From Amoebophrya sp. A120 (taxonomy: Eukaryota; Protista; Dinoflagellata), in NCBI GenBank assembly GCA_905178155.1, contig CAJINV010000011.1, positions 3,375,077 to 3,439,076 of the forward strand: a DNA stretch of 64,000 nt, given 5' to 3'. The notes beneath the pieces were generated by a model that saw nothing but the letters and a program-made list of their open reading frames with translations, was not told the DNA's origin and made no database searches. Of the stretch, positions 12,166 through 24,496 are shown piece by piece (within the stretch, counting starts at the first letter, position 1; every line of letters begins with the position of its first letter). A program made the translations under genes and the position numbers.

Positions 12166-15100
12166 ATGTCTCTGTACGCAAGCCGGGAACCGACCGACAT
12201 TCTGGGCTATCACTCCAGTCCGCAGAGGATAGAAGCGACTTTGCAGACGGATGTGGACCTGTACTTCCGGGGGGACACGGAAGAGTTGGTAGCGTCGCTG
12301 CGTCGCGGATCGCCGACGTCGGAAGGTGATAAAGAAGGGATCACGGGAAGTGGTGCTGCTGCGCTAGGGAACAACAACAAAGTGCGTGGAGCAAGCACGA
12401 AAAGAACGACGAGCCTTTCAACATCATCCTTTGCAGGCACACCTGCCGTCATCTCGCCCGTAGCTCTTCCGTTTGTCCACGAGAATGAGGAGGGCTTAGC
12501 GAGCAGTGTAGAGGACAAGTACATAGAGTTGTCTCACGATGGAAGTAGTAGAAGCCCTTCATCCAGCAACGAGGAAGTGGCTTCCACTCCGGAAACTCCG
12601 TGCTTCTACAAGCGGTGGGGGTCTCAGCGGAGTAGCCGGAGTTATAATTCCACGCTCTCAGGAGAAGTTTCCTCTTCAGGCGGTGGAAGAAGGTCGGCCG
12701 GTTCATCCTTGCTCGGGGCACGAAATGAGGACCACCTCGATCCGGACAGTGAAATTATGAGTGGGACCTACCAGTCGAGTGGAAGTAGTAACGCAGGAGC
12801 AGCTTCCAAGTCAAGTAGCGAGAAACACGGTAATATTGCACGGCTCAGAAGAAAAAAAAGCCGCAGCAATATACTTGGAAAGGGAAAAAATGATCTCCAG
12901 ACATCATCGTCGGTGTCCTCTTTTGCGAGCAGTGCTACTGCTGTCAGTGGGTTTTCCTCGGGGACGACGGGTAATTATCACCCGACACGAACAAACAACC
13001 CGGATGCATCGAAAGCGAAACGCGTAGGACTGTTGCGGAAAATTGTGAAGAATGTTGTTCTGCCGCTGTTGGAGCTCGGGAGAAGCAAATCCAAAAACCA
13101 CGAGCGAGCTGATGGAGGAATAAAAGAAGCCTCGTCTCGACGTCCGGGAGGTTTCAATACCGCTACGTCCTCGCGTGGCATCAACAAACACGGGATCGTG
13201 GACGAAGATCATGAGATGAATAAATCTTCAGGAAGACAAGCGGGAGAAGATCTTCATTCAATTTCAAGCAACGGCAGACGAAGAAGACCATCTCTGCCCC
13301 CCCGGCTCCGGTCTGCGAGGCACCTACTCGCGAGCCGAGAGTATGAACGACAGGTCGAAGCGCTGCTGCGCCAGTATTGGCAGGATTTCCAGATGAACGC
13401 GGAAGAAATGGAGCAGAAACTTGCTGAAGGAAGGCGAGAGAGGATCACTTGCACTGACGAAAAAGGGCAGCATCGCCATTCTAGGTCGTGTAGTACAAGA
13501 AGTGACGCCAAGGCCGCAAGGACCTCGGCAGAAGGAGAAGAGGAGGCACCATACGTTGATACTGGCCAGCACACGACTTCTTCCCGACCGAGTTCCACGG
13601 CCGGCGTTCAGACAGAGGAGACCGGGGATGTGGTCTCTCGGCTTGACCAGCACAGTAGCAGAGTGGCGATTTCTCACCTTCCTGAGGTGTTTGGAATGAT
13701 CGGGGGACGACAGCATACTTCCAGTGTAGAACGCCTTACTAGCAATGATATGGCTAGTATGTAGTGAGGTCACCGAACGGTTCTAACCGGGGAGTTTTTT
13801 TGCCACCCAGACAGCAAAACGGCCGTCAGTTTTCAAGCGGCCGGAAGCGTTTTCTGACATAAAAGATTTTCAATTACCAAGCGGCCGGGGCTTTGCCATC
13901 AAACAAGCCCGGTCGAAAACTATCGATTCGCACTTGATAAAACGACGCAGGAGAGCCGGCAAAAGGGGCGCCCTTCTGAGGCGCCCACCGCCTTGGTTTC
14001 TGGCGATTTGGGGCGCCCAAAAAGAGGCGCGCAAAACACGCGCCCGAAATCAGAACAGCGAAACAGCATGGCACGGCCGCGATTTCGGAGCATTTTGGGC
14101 AGCCGCGAAGGCGGCCGCCTTTCCGCCGGCTTCAGAGCCTGGGAAGCTTTGCAAAAAGCGCCGGCGGGAAAAATAAAAACGCAAAAGAGAAAAAGCGCGC
14201 CAGACGCGCAAAGCCAATCCGCATGCTATGGGTCCGGTTTCCCTTCGCTTTTTGGGCGCCCCCCGTGGCGCCCGGATCGGCCCCATAGCATGGGGCCTCG
14301 CTTTCGGAATGGAATTTCGGGAATTTCCCAAAATTTGCGATGTTTATCAAGCGGCCGCCATACCGTGCGGCCTAACGTTACTCGCGGCGGTATGGCGATC
14401 CCAGAAAAAGCAAAGCCGCGGCCAAGGCGATGGCCGGCAAGAAAACGCCCACGGCCTCACTACCTCCGCCCCGGCGGCTATATTTGGTACTATGAGTCAG
14501 AGCAAGGATTTGTACCCTCCAGCTGTTGACACCGACGAGCACGATGAGAAGAGCTCGGGGAGAAACAGCGGCGCAAGCGTCTTTAGAGCCTCCGACACAA
14601 AGAGAAGTCTGCCGTCCTTCGAAAAGAACATTGTGCAGCAGATTGCGAGCAACGCACAGCTGCACAACCGCCGGCTGCACAGCTTCTACCGGGATGAAAG
14701 CCGGCACACGCTGCGTGACTTGGTCCTTGCGCCGGAGTCCATGGATAGTAAGGACAAAAATCTAGCCGGTGCTATTACTTCCTTGGAACAAATAGATCCG
14801 GTAGATAGACTATCGACATCTACATCTAAGTCTAGTAACCAGGATCATCGCGTTGGAGGCTTTCATAGCGGTAGTGTAGTTGCAGGAGCACAGGAGCCGT
14901 TGGATCACGATGAACTACCAGAGGAGCCAGCAGAGAGAAGCATTTATGTCGATGCGGAAAACGAAAAGGAAAACAACACCACCGAGAACTCTGCCACCAG
15001 GCTCGAAGATGTTCTGCTGTCAAAGTCCGAAACAATTTTCTCTGCCAGGTGGGAAGCCGAAGTCGAGGAGGACTTTTTGCGGAGCCTGGACGACCTGAGC

Positions 15101-16180
15101 CCCATCGCGCACAAGGAATCTCCGCCACGGCCCTTTGATGGAGATTGTGCGGGGGGACGACCACAAGTGGCAACTTCTTTCGACGTCAAGTTGGAAGAAA
15201 ACGGGAACTACGGTGGACAACTACCACGGGAGCTGCAAGATGACGTCTCGCCGGGGCAAAATCCGAGTTTGGAGGACGATGCATATGCAAGACGATTTTT
15301 ACCACGGCGGGGGCTCTCTGAGACTACAAGAATATCGTCTGCTAGTACAAAAGCTGTCGCAGTTGGAAAAAGTTGTGCCACATCACCTGTAGTCGCCCAG
15401 TCGATAATTCAAAAATCGCGGCGCGCATCAAAACTAGCGCCAACCCTGTCGAAACAGACGGATTATGAATCCACTCGCTTGATAGAGACGGACGACGAGG
15501 AAAATGAGTTCGACGTGTCTGCCATGAGCGGAAAATTTACCTGGCCGCTCTCGTCCCCGTCGTGTAGTGCGTCGAGCAGAAGAACATCGTGCTCCACCCC
15601 TCGGGATGAACAAAAAGATGCGTCAACACCGGGGCGAGAAATAAGTACTAACAGCGACGATGAGGCGGACGCAAGAATCGTGGATGATGCACATACTCGG
15701 CGCTTTTCTCACGACCACGGTGGAAGAGAGGAAAGCAAGCGCTCAGATTGTTCCCTCCGGTCCGGGGAAAAACATCCGGGCAGGGTGGATTTCTACTGCA
15801 GGAGTGAAGTAGGCAGGAGCAGCTTCGGCCGAGAAAATTCTTTTGGAAGAAGAGCTTGTCCAGATGCTGTGCAGATGAATGACCACAACAGCTCCGTTAG
15901 GTCTTCTACTTCTCATCTTTCCATAGCATGTCGGCCTCGTCGTCACATGCCCTCGAGTAGTTCTTGTGACACGACCTCCGACCAAGATTTGTCCCACTCC
16001 AGTCGTCGGCGCCGTGAGCAGCAAGGAGTGGAACAAGCAGACCGCATGGCCTGTTGGCGGGAGTACCTCGCCGAGAAGCGGCGGGCTAGGGTTTTCTACA
16101 AAAAGTTGGAACGTTTGGAGCATGCCGAAGAGAGATTTCTCGCACTGGCGAGCGCCTTTGACGCGGGAAACTCAGTTTGA
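12166..16180 (+). CDS. Hypothetical Ser-rich protein; probably one gene split by the 733-bp repeat (12166-13756 + ~14490-16180), otherwise two genes
   Basis: The stop codon of ORF 12166 lies inside the repeat; removing 13757-14489 fuses both ORFs in frame. Confidence 0.5.
13757..14489 (+). mobile_element. 733-bp non-autonomous repeat, copy 1 (GTATGTAGTGAGG...CCTCACTAC-hairpin-TATATTTGGTA)
   Basis: Highly similar to 21114-21846 and 33826-~34405; sub-terminal IR; ccgcc-cc-ggcgg stem-loop near the 3' end. Confidence 0.85.
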
Positions 16181-16586
16181 TGAAAATAAAAAGGCCCACA
16201 TTTTGATCATACCTGAAATGGCTTGATGCGAAAAAATTTTCTTTTTCAACACTTGCTTCCTTCAATTTCTTCGCTTTGACTTACAACTTTCTCACCACGA
16301 CAGTTATGTGTGTTTCATCTGGTCTTTGTCGCGTTTTCTCTTACGAACTGTTGAGCGAGCATGTTACTATGTTTGAGGACAACTTCCTCGACGTTATCGT
16401 TTAAACGTACCGGCAGTCCACTTCGCATCATGCTTCACAATGCTGGTCGTGCGAAATCAAGTACAAATTCGTGAGAACAACAAGGATGTTTTGTTGTTTT
16501 GAGTCCACTCGTGGTCCATTTTTGCCCCGCGAGGACCACGAGCCCCCGTGGTCGTAGGTTTCTTGCCGTAAGTCATTCTTCTCAGG

Positions 16587-19500
16587 ATGAGCAAAAATCG
16601 TTCCCGCCGGTCGGCGCGTGAGTCGATCGGCGACTTCATTCGTCGCGCCAGCCGGGAGCTGCTTGGCTTTCCCGGAGCAGGTTCCGAAAAGGAGACGGAC
16701 AGGGAGGACGAGGAGCGGTACCAGAAAGCCTACATAGACGCGAACATTCACAAATACCAGCGGAAGCGCAGGCGGAGAGATGATGTAATTGTTGACAAGG
16801 ATGTTCTTGAACAAGAAACTGGACAACAAGAAGTAGTAGAACCACGGCCGCCAAATAACGATCGGAAAAGAGGTGGAAAAAATAAGCATGTGAAAAAGCC
16901 GCGGACCGATTCGTACGATTTTTACCACGATTTAGTCGAAACCCGCATACGGAATTCGCACCGGAATAAAGAACATCAAAGAAAGCCGCAAAGGAAAAAT
17001 AAGCGAGGTTTCAGCAAGTCGTCGTCTACTTCTAGAAACGGTTCTTCAAAGAGAAAGAAGAGTGGCCGCAACAAACGAAGTAAAGACGAGGCAGCTTCGA
17101 ACAACGTGGAAGATCTGGTCGTGGAAGAGTTTGTGAATTGTGCGACGCAGAAAGATCCGAAAAAAGCGGAGTTTTATTCCCGAGGCTCGCGGTCGGGATC
17201 TGTTGTGGAGGAAGGGGAGGGACGGGACGAGCAGAGGGGGGAGCGGGATCTTCATCCGGACGGTGCGGACCTAGCACTACCACGAGCAGGTCGAGCGGCT
17301 GTAGATGAAACAGACCCTGAAGTAGAACAGGATTTTGAGAGTCAGCAAGTTCTTGCCTCTGGAGGCTCATCTTCCCGAAAGAAAAAATCCTCGAACAGGG
17401 GAGCATCTTCGAGTAGGAGAAGTGAATCAAGAACAGGATCTTCCAGGAGCACTCGAGAGGATGTTGAAGCCTCGTCTCCGTCACACAAAATAAAGGGTGC
17501 AAGGAAACAACGAGAAGATGTCGCTACCAAGAGCGTCAATGACCACCTTAACGACCGCGAGTACGACGATATCCCGGCACGACGGGAGCAGCACCGCAGT
17601 CGTGCGAGGAAGCGATCGGATCGGTCAACGTCTTCGTCTCGGCGGAGTAGCAAGACGGGCCGCCGAAGAAAATCTGGATCTGGTCGGCGGTCGTCGAGTA
17701 CGCAGGAACGGCGACAAGAATCGCGTTCCCTCGACGACTTCATCTTGCAAGATGAAGCGAACGCCGGAAATAAAGCTCCCTACTCGAACGGCAAAGCGGA
17801 ACGTAGTAGGTCCACTTCGGGAGTTGAAGCCCCAGGAACTGCATCGAGAAAAAGCAAGAACTCCTCGTCATCGTCGCGCCGTGAAGACGTGGGGAGGCCG
17901 CGGCACCGGAATACTAAAACAAGCAAAGAACCAAGGAGCAAAGGAAAAGACAGCAGGCGAATTTCTGTTGATGGACGAAGGAGCGGGGTGGAGGACGAGG
18001 GCTCGGTACTCGCATCTTCAGACGGAGAAGTACTAGATCATGTACACGACCCGCAAAATAGAACACGTGCACGTCGTCGTGGCTCGTCGTCACCCGGTTG
18101 TAGTTCTACTTCTGTGGAGTTTCTTTCACCCCCACCTCCTGCAAAAAGGACCACTTCGCGGGTTTCTTTCGCCGACGACGTCGAGGAGGCAAAGGTTTTT
18201 GCCGCAGATATTCCAGCTCACGACGTCGATCTATCCAGCGACACAGAGGTTCTGCTGCCCGCGAAGCCACCCCCGAAGCGGCAACCGTCCGTTGAACAAG
18301 ACCGGAAAAGAATATCTTTGTACGGGCTGGACCGGAATGGTTGGTTAGATCACGATCGTCGCAGCTCTGCAGATCAGCCCGTATCATGCGCTGCTCCTTC
18401 AGTAGGGCAAAAGTCGACGTCCAGCACTGGAACAAAGGATAGTAGTACAGTTCGTCGTGCAGGACGGGTCACGGAACAATCTTGGGGGGAACTGAACAGA
18501 GAGCAGCTAGACGCCGAGGAGCACCAGAAAAACATGAAAATAAATGCGACCGACCACCACCTGGAACTACATCAAGCCGGCACACCGGTATCAGAGCAGT
18601 CGACCGTTGCTCCTCCGCTGTCAACTACGTCGTCTCGAGCGGTGTCACCCGCGATGACCACGGTCGCGCCATTGATGTGTTCTCGCGCAGCCACAACTAC
18701 AACACTCGGAGCAGGCAGTAGGTCCTCGTCAACCTCCACATCGCCCCCGTCGAAAGTAAAAATCTACTCCGAGTCCACAACGACACGCTCTTTCACCCCT
18801 ATCTGCGGCGGGTGCGGGGAACCCATCGGGGAGAATCAGCGGGAGAAAGTTGTGTCTGGCGTCTCCTTTCACGATTCCTGTTTTGGCTGTACCAGTTGCG
18901 GAGAGGCGTTTGACTGCAAAAGAGCGTTTTTCGTCGGTGACAGGAAGTCCCTGTGCCAGGACTGCGCGGGCAGTTTGGTGGAGCGGAGTTCGGGTGAAAA
19001 GAGCCCGGAAACCGCCACGGCTTTTGTGCTGAGCAACTTCCAGATCTGTCAGGTGGTGCAGACCAATGGAAAAGGTACTTCTGAGCTATGCTATGAATGA
19101 ATGTATACAACTTCTCACGCGAGCTACAAAGATGTAGATGAATCAAGATCACAGAATTGCAGCCTTCTGCGGCCATGGATATAACCGCACTGGTTTTAGT
19201 ACTTGTCCGATTGTAAGACTTTTCAATGCGTCAGAAAGGAAATCGAGATTCGTGGATGAAGGAAGAGAAACATCAGGTGGTGCCGGGCGGCTGTCAAGGA
19301 ACGACACCAAGTTGCACCTGCACATTATCCCCGCGGATGCAAGCGCCTTGACGAATCCCCTGTTTCATCCTCAAAAGCCAGCTTCTGCTCCGAGAAGTCC
19401 GAGCAAACCGTCGGCACTGGAGGAGGTGAGGACAGCGACTGACAGGAGCATGCAGACGGAACAAGTTTTTGTGGCGTCCAGGCCGCCGCCTGTTTGCGAT

Positions 19501-22500
19501 GCGGCGGTCAACGTCGACCTTCCGCCGCTTGGAAAAAATTCGGTATCTTCCGCCGCGCCGATGACGATTCCCGTTGGCAATATTAAGCGCGAACCGTCCG
19601 TCACGCCGCGGGACAGTCGGCAGCTCGTTACTGGTGCTTTTTCTGTGGCGGAGTCCGAGTCTGTCGAGTCTGCGGTGCCGCAAGGAACAGTAATTGTCGA
19701 CGTCGATGAGAACAATTTACCTGCTTCTGCAGTTGGCGTTGTGGACGAGCCAACGGTTTCTACTGCAACTGTAGCACCTGCTGCAGGAAAAGATGTCTAC
19801 GCAAAGACAGCCACCTCGGTCGCGGGAGAGACGAACGTTTTCGATGAAGAAGCGAAACAGGAGGAGGTACAAGAATGCGCGCCAGCGTACGAATCCCGAG
19901 CGGCTGACAGTGACACCAAAGAAACCACGGAACCAGTCGGGTTTGCAGGAGGTGCAAGTGCTGCAATTAGTGCATGCGAAGAAGCCGACGTTCTTCCCGC
20001 AGTACTACCAATACCGCTTGTTGCACAAACTCACCCTTCGCTACAACCTGCAGAAGTTCCGGTTGCGGCCACTACTAATGTGCTCGAGCCAGCGGGAGTA
20101 AGTTCGGTGATGAGACGAACAGAGCAGAAGGAATGCGCAACACATGACGACACCCCTGCAGCGCAAGAACAGGCGCAGGTTCAAAATGTCGAAGAACCCT
20201 CTGTCATCCCCGGTCTCGTCGTTCCCGCGGAAATAAACAGGGTCTCTTCAACATCATCTGCGGCAGTGGTACCTCCACGACCGCAGGCTGCTTCACATCA
20301 GCCTGGCGTGGTCAGCTCTACCACTTGTAACACAGACAAATTTGCGGCTTTTCGGGCCAGGGTCAACATCATATGGATTGCAAAAATGTCTGGGTCTGGA
20401 TGAAGCTTGTGATGCTAAAATGTGGATGATGGAAACAGTTCCGAATGCAACACAGCATGACGACTTTTCAGAACGCTTTCTCATACTATGAGATAAACTG
20501 CGTTTTTGCGTGTACAAAAGAGGCCGCGACTTTTGTTGGCTATGCAATACAGATTTCCTAGGTATGGAGAGCTAGCATTACAAGTTGCAAGCTTCCAGAC
20601 CCAGACATTTTTGCATTTGATACATCAGCGGTTTCGACAAATATTTTGCGGACATTGGGCTGACCGAGAAGTTGCAGAACCTCGAAGCCGCAGTTTTGGA
20701 GCAAACAAAAAGCGTCTTCGCCCAGCGAGAGGAAAGGATCAAGGAAAAGCGGGCGAACATGCAGAAGAAATTCTCCCGCGTTGCGCACAAAGTGGCTGCG
20801 TTTTTTCAAGAAGAAGCGAAGCAGCTGGTGGACGCGTGTGCGAGGGAAAATTCGCCGACGAAACGGGACGCGTTGATCCTGGAGTTCGTCGAAAACAAGG
20901 AGCGGGTAGTGGCGGAAATTCAAAAGAATGAAAACTTTCTACTCAGAAAGAGGAAAGAGCCGTTGGCGGGGCGAGTAGAGGAGCATCGTGCGAAGAGCGC
21001 CAACAAACTAGGCACGGGAGCTCCTCCTGCTGCTTCTCGTCGGGGGGAAAGTAAGAATAAGTTTCGATTTCTCGGCGCCCGTGAGGACCATGCAAGTGAC
21101 CACGACCCGGATGGTATGTAGTGAGGTCACCGAACGGTTCTAACCGGGGAGTTTTTTTGACACCCAGACAGCAAAATGGCCGGCAGTTTTCAAGCGGCCG
21201 GAAGTGTTTTTGAGCATAAAAAGTTTTCACTTATCAAGCGGCCGGGGCGTCTGCGGCAAAATAGCCCGGGCGGATTCTATCGATTCGCACTGGATAAAAC
21301 GACGCAGGGGAGCCGGCAAAAGGGGCGCCCTTCTGAGGCGCCCACCGCCTTAGTTTCTGGCGGTTTGGGGCGCCCAAAAAGGAGCGCGCAAAAAACGCGC
21401 CCAAAATCAGAACAGCGAAACAGCATGGCACGGCCGCGATTTCGGAGCATTTTGGGCGGCCGCGAAAGCGGCAGCCTTTTCGCCGGTTTTAGAGCCTGGG
21501 GAGCTTTGCAAAAGGCGCCGGCGTGAAAAATAAAAACGCGAAAAATAAAAAGCGCGCCAGACGCGCAAAGCCAACCCGCATGCTATGGGCCCGGTTTTTC
21601 TTCGCTTTTTGGGCGCCCCCCGTGGCACCCGGATCGGCCCCATAGCATCGGGGCTGGCTTTCGAAAAGGAATTTTGGAAATGTGCCAAAGTTTGCGACGT
21701 TTCCCACGTGGCCGCCATACCGTGCGGCATAACGTTACTCACGGCGGTATGGCGAGCCCATAAAAAGCAAAGCCGCGGCCACGGCTGCGGTCGGCAAAAA
21801 AACGCCCACGACCTCACTACCCCCGCCCCGGCGGCTATATTTGGTACTTTTCCAAAAAGCACGACCAGACTTTCGGGGCCGCATTTATTCGCCGGCAGAG
21901 GGCGAAGCTTTCCCGCCTCCATCATCGCAAGCGCGCTCAACGCGGAGACCTACGCGGAGTATCGGAAGTCTTTGGCTTTTCAGGAGCCTGGTGGAACAAG
22001 AACAGCACCGGAAGTTGCAGTGGATCAGGCTGCGCTCCTTCGTGCTGCTACGGTGCCTCTCGCGTCGGGGAAAAGGACTACTTTTGCCGGGGCGACGTCT
22101 GCAGGGGCAACGTCTACGGCCCCAGAGATCGAACCCGGCAGCCAGAATGGTCCGCGGACTCAACGACCTCACGGGCGCCAGGCTCAGACACCTTCGCAGG
22201 GAGAAAATTCTTGTCACGGTGAAAATTCAAGTTATGGTGCTGCAAATATTTATTTTCCCATTACCGGCGGCGGCGACTGTCATCGCGCTGCCGACCATCG
22301 GCCAGCACGACCCTTGAAGATGCCCGCCGGACGAGGAGATCAAGCTGCACATCAAAGCCCGAGCGTAACTGCTTCTGTGCCGCCCGCCATCCCGCCGAAC
22401 TCTCCCCGCCTTCACGAGCTCTTTCAGGACTGCTTGACAGCGAGCGCGGAGCACGCACGAAAAACTGTGCAACAGTTCAGAAATAGAAATACTACCACCT

Positions 22501-23990
22501 CGAGGGGTAGACTATTGTTCTCACCGGTTCTACTTCCAACTGAGGATATTCATTCGGCACACGCGAGTGGTCGACAGAGTGGCACAAAAGCTGCACGAGG
22601 GGAGAACTCCACTCAGGGCCAAAACGATCATGTCAAAGTCCACCTTAAAAACCACCGGAAGCCTATGCTAACGACAACAAGCAGAGCTGCACCAGCACCA
22701 GATGACGCCAACACTGCTGACCAGATAGGAACGAAGGCTGGTTGTTTTTCGGTAGCAAGCAGCGCCCTACAACATTCAGTGCCCTGTCTTGATGCACCTG
22801 TTGCACCTGTACCGCACGAATCTGCTCCTGCTGCTGCAGTTCGGGACGAGGTGGGTCTGCATGAGGAAAGCGGATCATTCCTGCATACAACTACCCCCGC
22901 GCCCGGTGCAGCACTTCGACCTCCGCGCGCAACTGCGAGGAACACCTACCGTCGCAGATCACGACTCGACTTGCTTCAAGTGGACAGTTGTACACGCAAA
23001 AATGTTGACCACGACGGGGGGCTGCACGATGAGCCGGTAGTTTACGACCATAAAGAAGATCATAGCGGCTCAGACAGCCACAGCTGCGGGCAGCAACAAC
23101 AGGTCGCGCAATACGTCGAAGAAAGGCCGCCGCGCGTCCGGAAAAAAACCTTTCGCCGCAGGGACCCAAGCAAGCTGTTCGCGATTGATTTTTGGCAGTC
23201 AAAACTGCAGGAGTATGAGTCCCAGATGTCGACGAGTAACGTTGATCAGGCCCAGGAGCGACAACTTCAGCCGCAAAATATCATGAGCCAGCAGGAAGTC
23301 GTTGAAACCGCTTTCATCCCGCTGCAGCAAAAAGCAGCCTACCATGATTTGACGGAGCTCACCGTTCTTCCGGTGAAATTTGACTCCACGAGAATCGCGA
23401 GTAAAAGGGACGAGGACTCCGCGAGGTTTCCCACCATCGTTGAGCAGGAGGACGCTCGTGGAACCGTCGCGGCTGAAGGAGATGAGAATACAACGAACTA
23501 TGCGCAGGAACAAGGCCGAGCCACGCCCCTGATTTTGCGGAAGGACTACGATTTCGGCAAGAAGGATTTAGTCGGGAGAAGCAACAAGAATTTCCTGTCT
23601 TTGGAACAGGAGGCTGCAATGATGAGTCGGCAGAAGGAAATGGCTTTTGACGTCTTAGTCGACGAAAATAGTAATATGCACGAGGACCAGCACGTTCACT
23701 TTGGCGGTCGAGTTGAATATCAACATGGATTGCGAGGACCCTCCGGTGCTCATGCTCTCGTTCGACACGAGATGCACGATATTCCTCACCTCCCACTGGG
23801 CGTTCCGGCGACCTACCAGGGCGATTTCTCGAGCATGGCCGCGGACCTTCTGCAGCAAATGCGAGTTTCGGAGAAGCGCGCGGCGCAAAGCGCTGGTTTG
23901 GTGCGGAGAGAGCGCCAAGCGCAAGCCAGATTGACCTCGCAGTTGTCCTCTAGGCGTGAATCCGGGGGTCATGCGGGGGTAGTTTCGTAA
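16587..23990 (+). CDS. Large low-complexity protein with one LIM domain (GT-AG intron 19075-19234, introner at 20372, 733-bp repeat at 21114); the portion after 21846 may be a separate gene
   Basis: CGGCGEPIG...FHDSCFGCTSCGEAF...LCQDC is a LIM zinc-finger pattern (~18800-18966); phase-compatible joins link ORFs 16587, 19138, 20672 and 21585. Confidence 0.6.
20372..20622. mobile_element. Introner, family A; DR CATCA
   Basis: TIR plus perfect DR; joins RVNI-SGFDKY. Confidence 0.9.
21114..21846 (+). mobile_element. 733-bp non-autonomous repeat, copy 2
   Basis: Same ends and length as copy 1; 11-bp IR gtagtgaggtc/gacctcactac. Confidence 0.85.
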
Positions 23991-24496
23991 GGAAGGAACG
24001 GCTCATCCCTTCAGGGTGATGATGCGAATGATATTTGTGTGCATTGATGCCTTGCACTGATCACGTTCGTAGTTGTCGAAAATGAATAAAACTGCGGACA
24101 CAAAAATTTGGCTGAGACTTGATGTAGTTGTTCTACTTCAAGACGAATACGAAAATGAAAAAAGAGTATCTAAATGATCTATAGAAAAGAGACACCGGGT
24201 CATGTAATGAATGTTGCGTCCATGATCGCTCCCGGCTTATTGGATGTTCCGTCCATCGCTCCCGGCGTCTTGTTCGCGGTGCGTTGGTATCCTCGTTCTG
24301 GCAGCAGCACTGCGACGACTGAGTGCTGCCGGTTGTAACCTTTTCGAAGGACAAACATTTTGAAATCGTTTTGTCGGTTCGACGAGGTAGTTGTCGCGCA
24401 AAAAAATGACCATGTAGTCCTGTGGGATCCCGCGGTGATCTCCCGCAGAGCCGGGATCGCGAATATGAAATCTTCGACACCCGTACTACAAGAAGG

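Noticed and set aside
13874-14529. ORFs within the 733-bp repeat (also ~21176-21940 and ~33916-34503) as a transposase or conserved gene
   Set aside because: No catalytic motifs, and frames and stops differ between copies; similarity is only at the DNA-repeat level.
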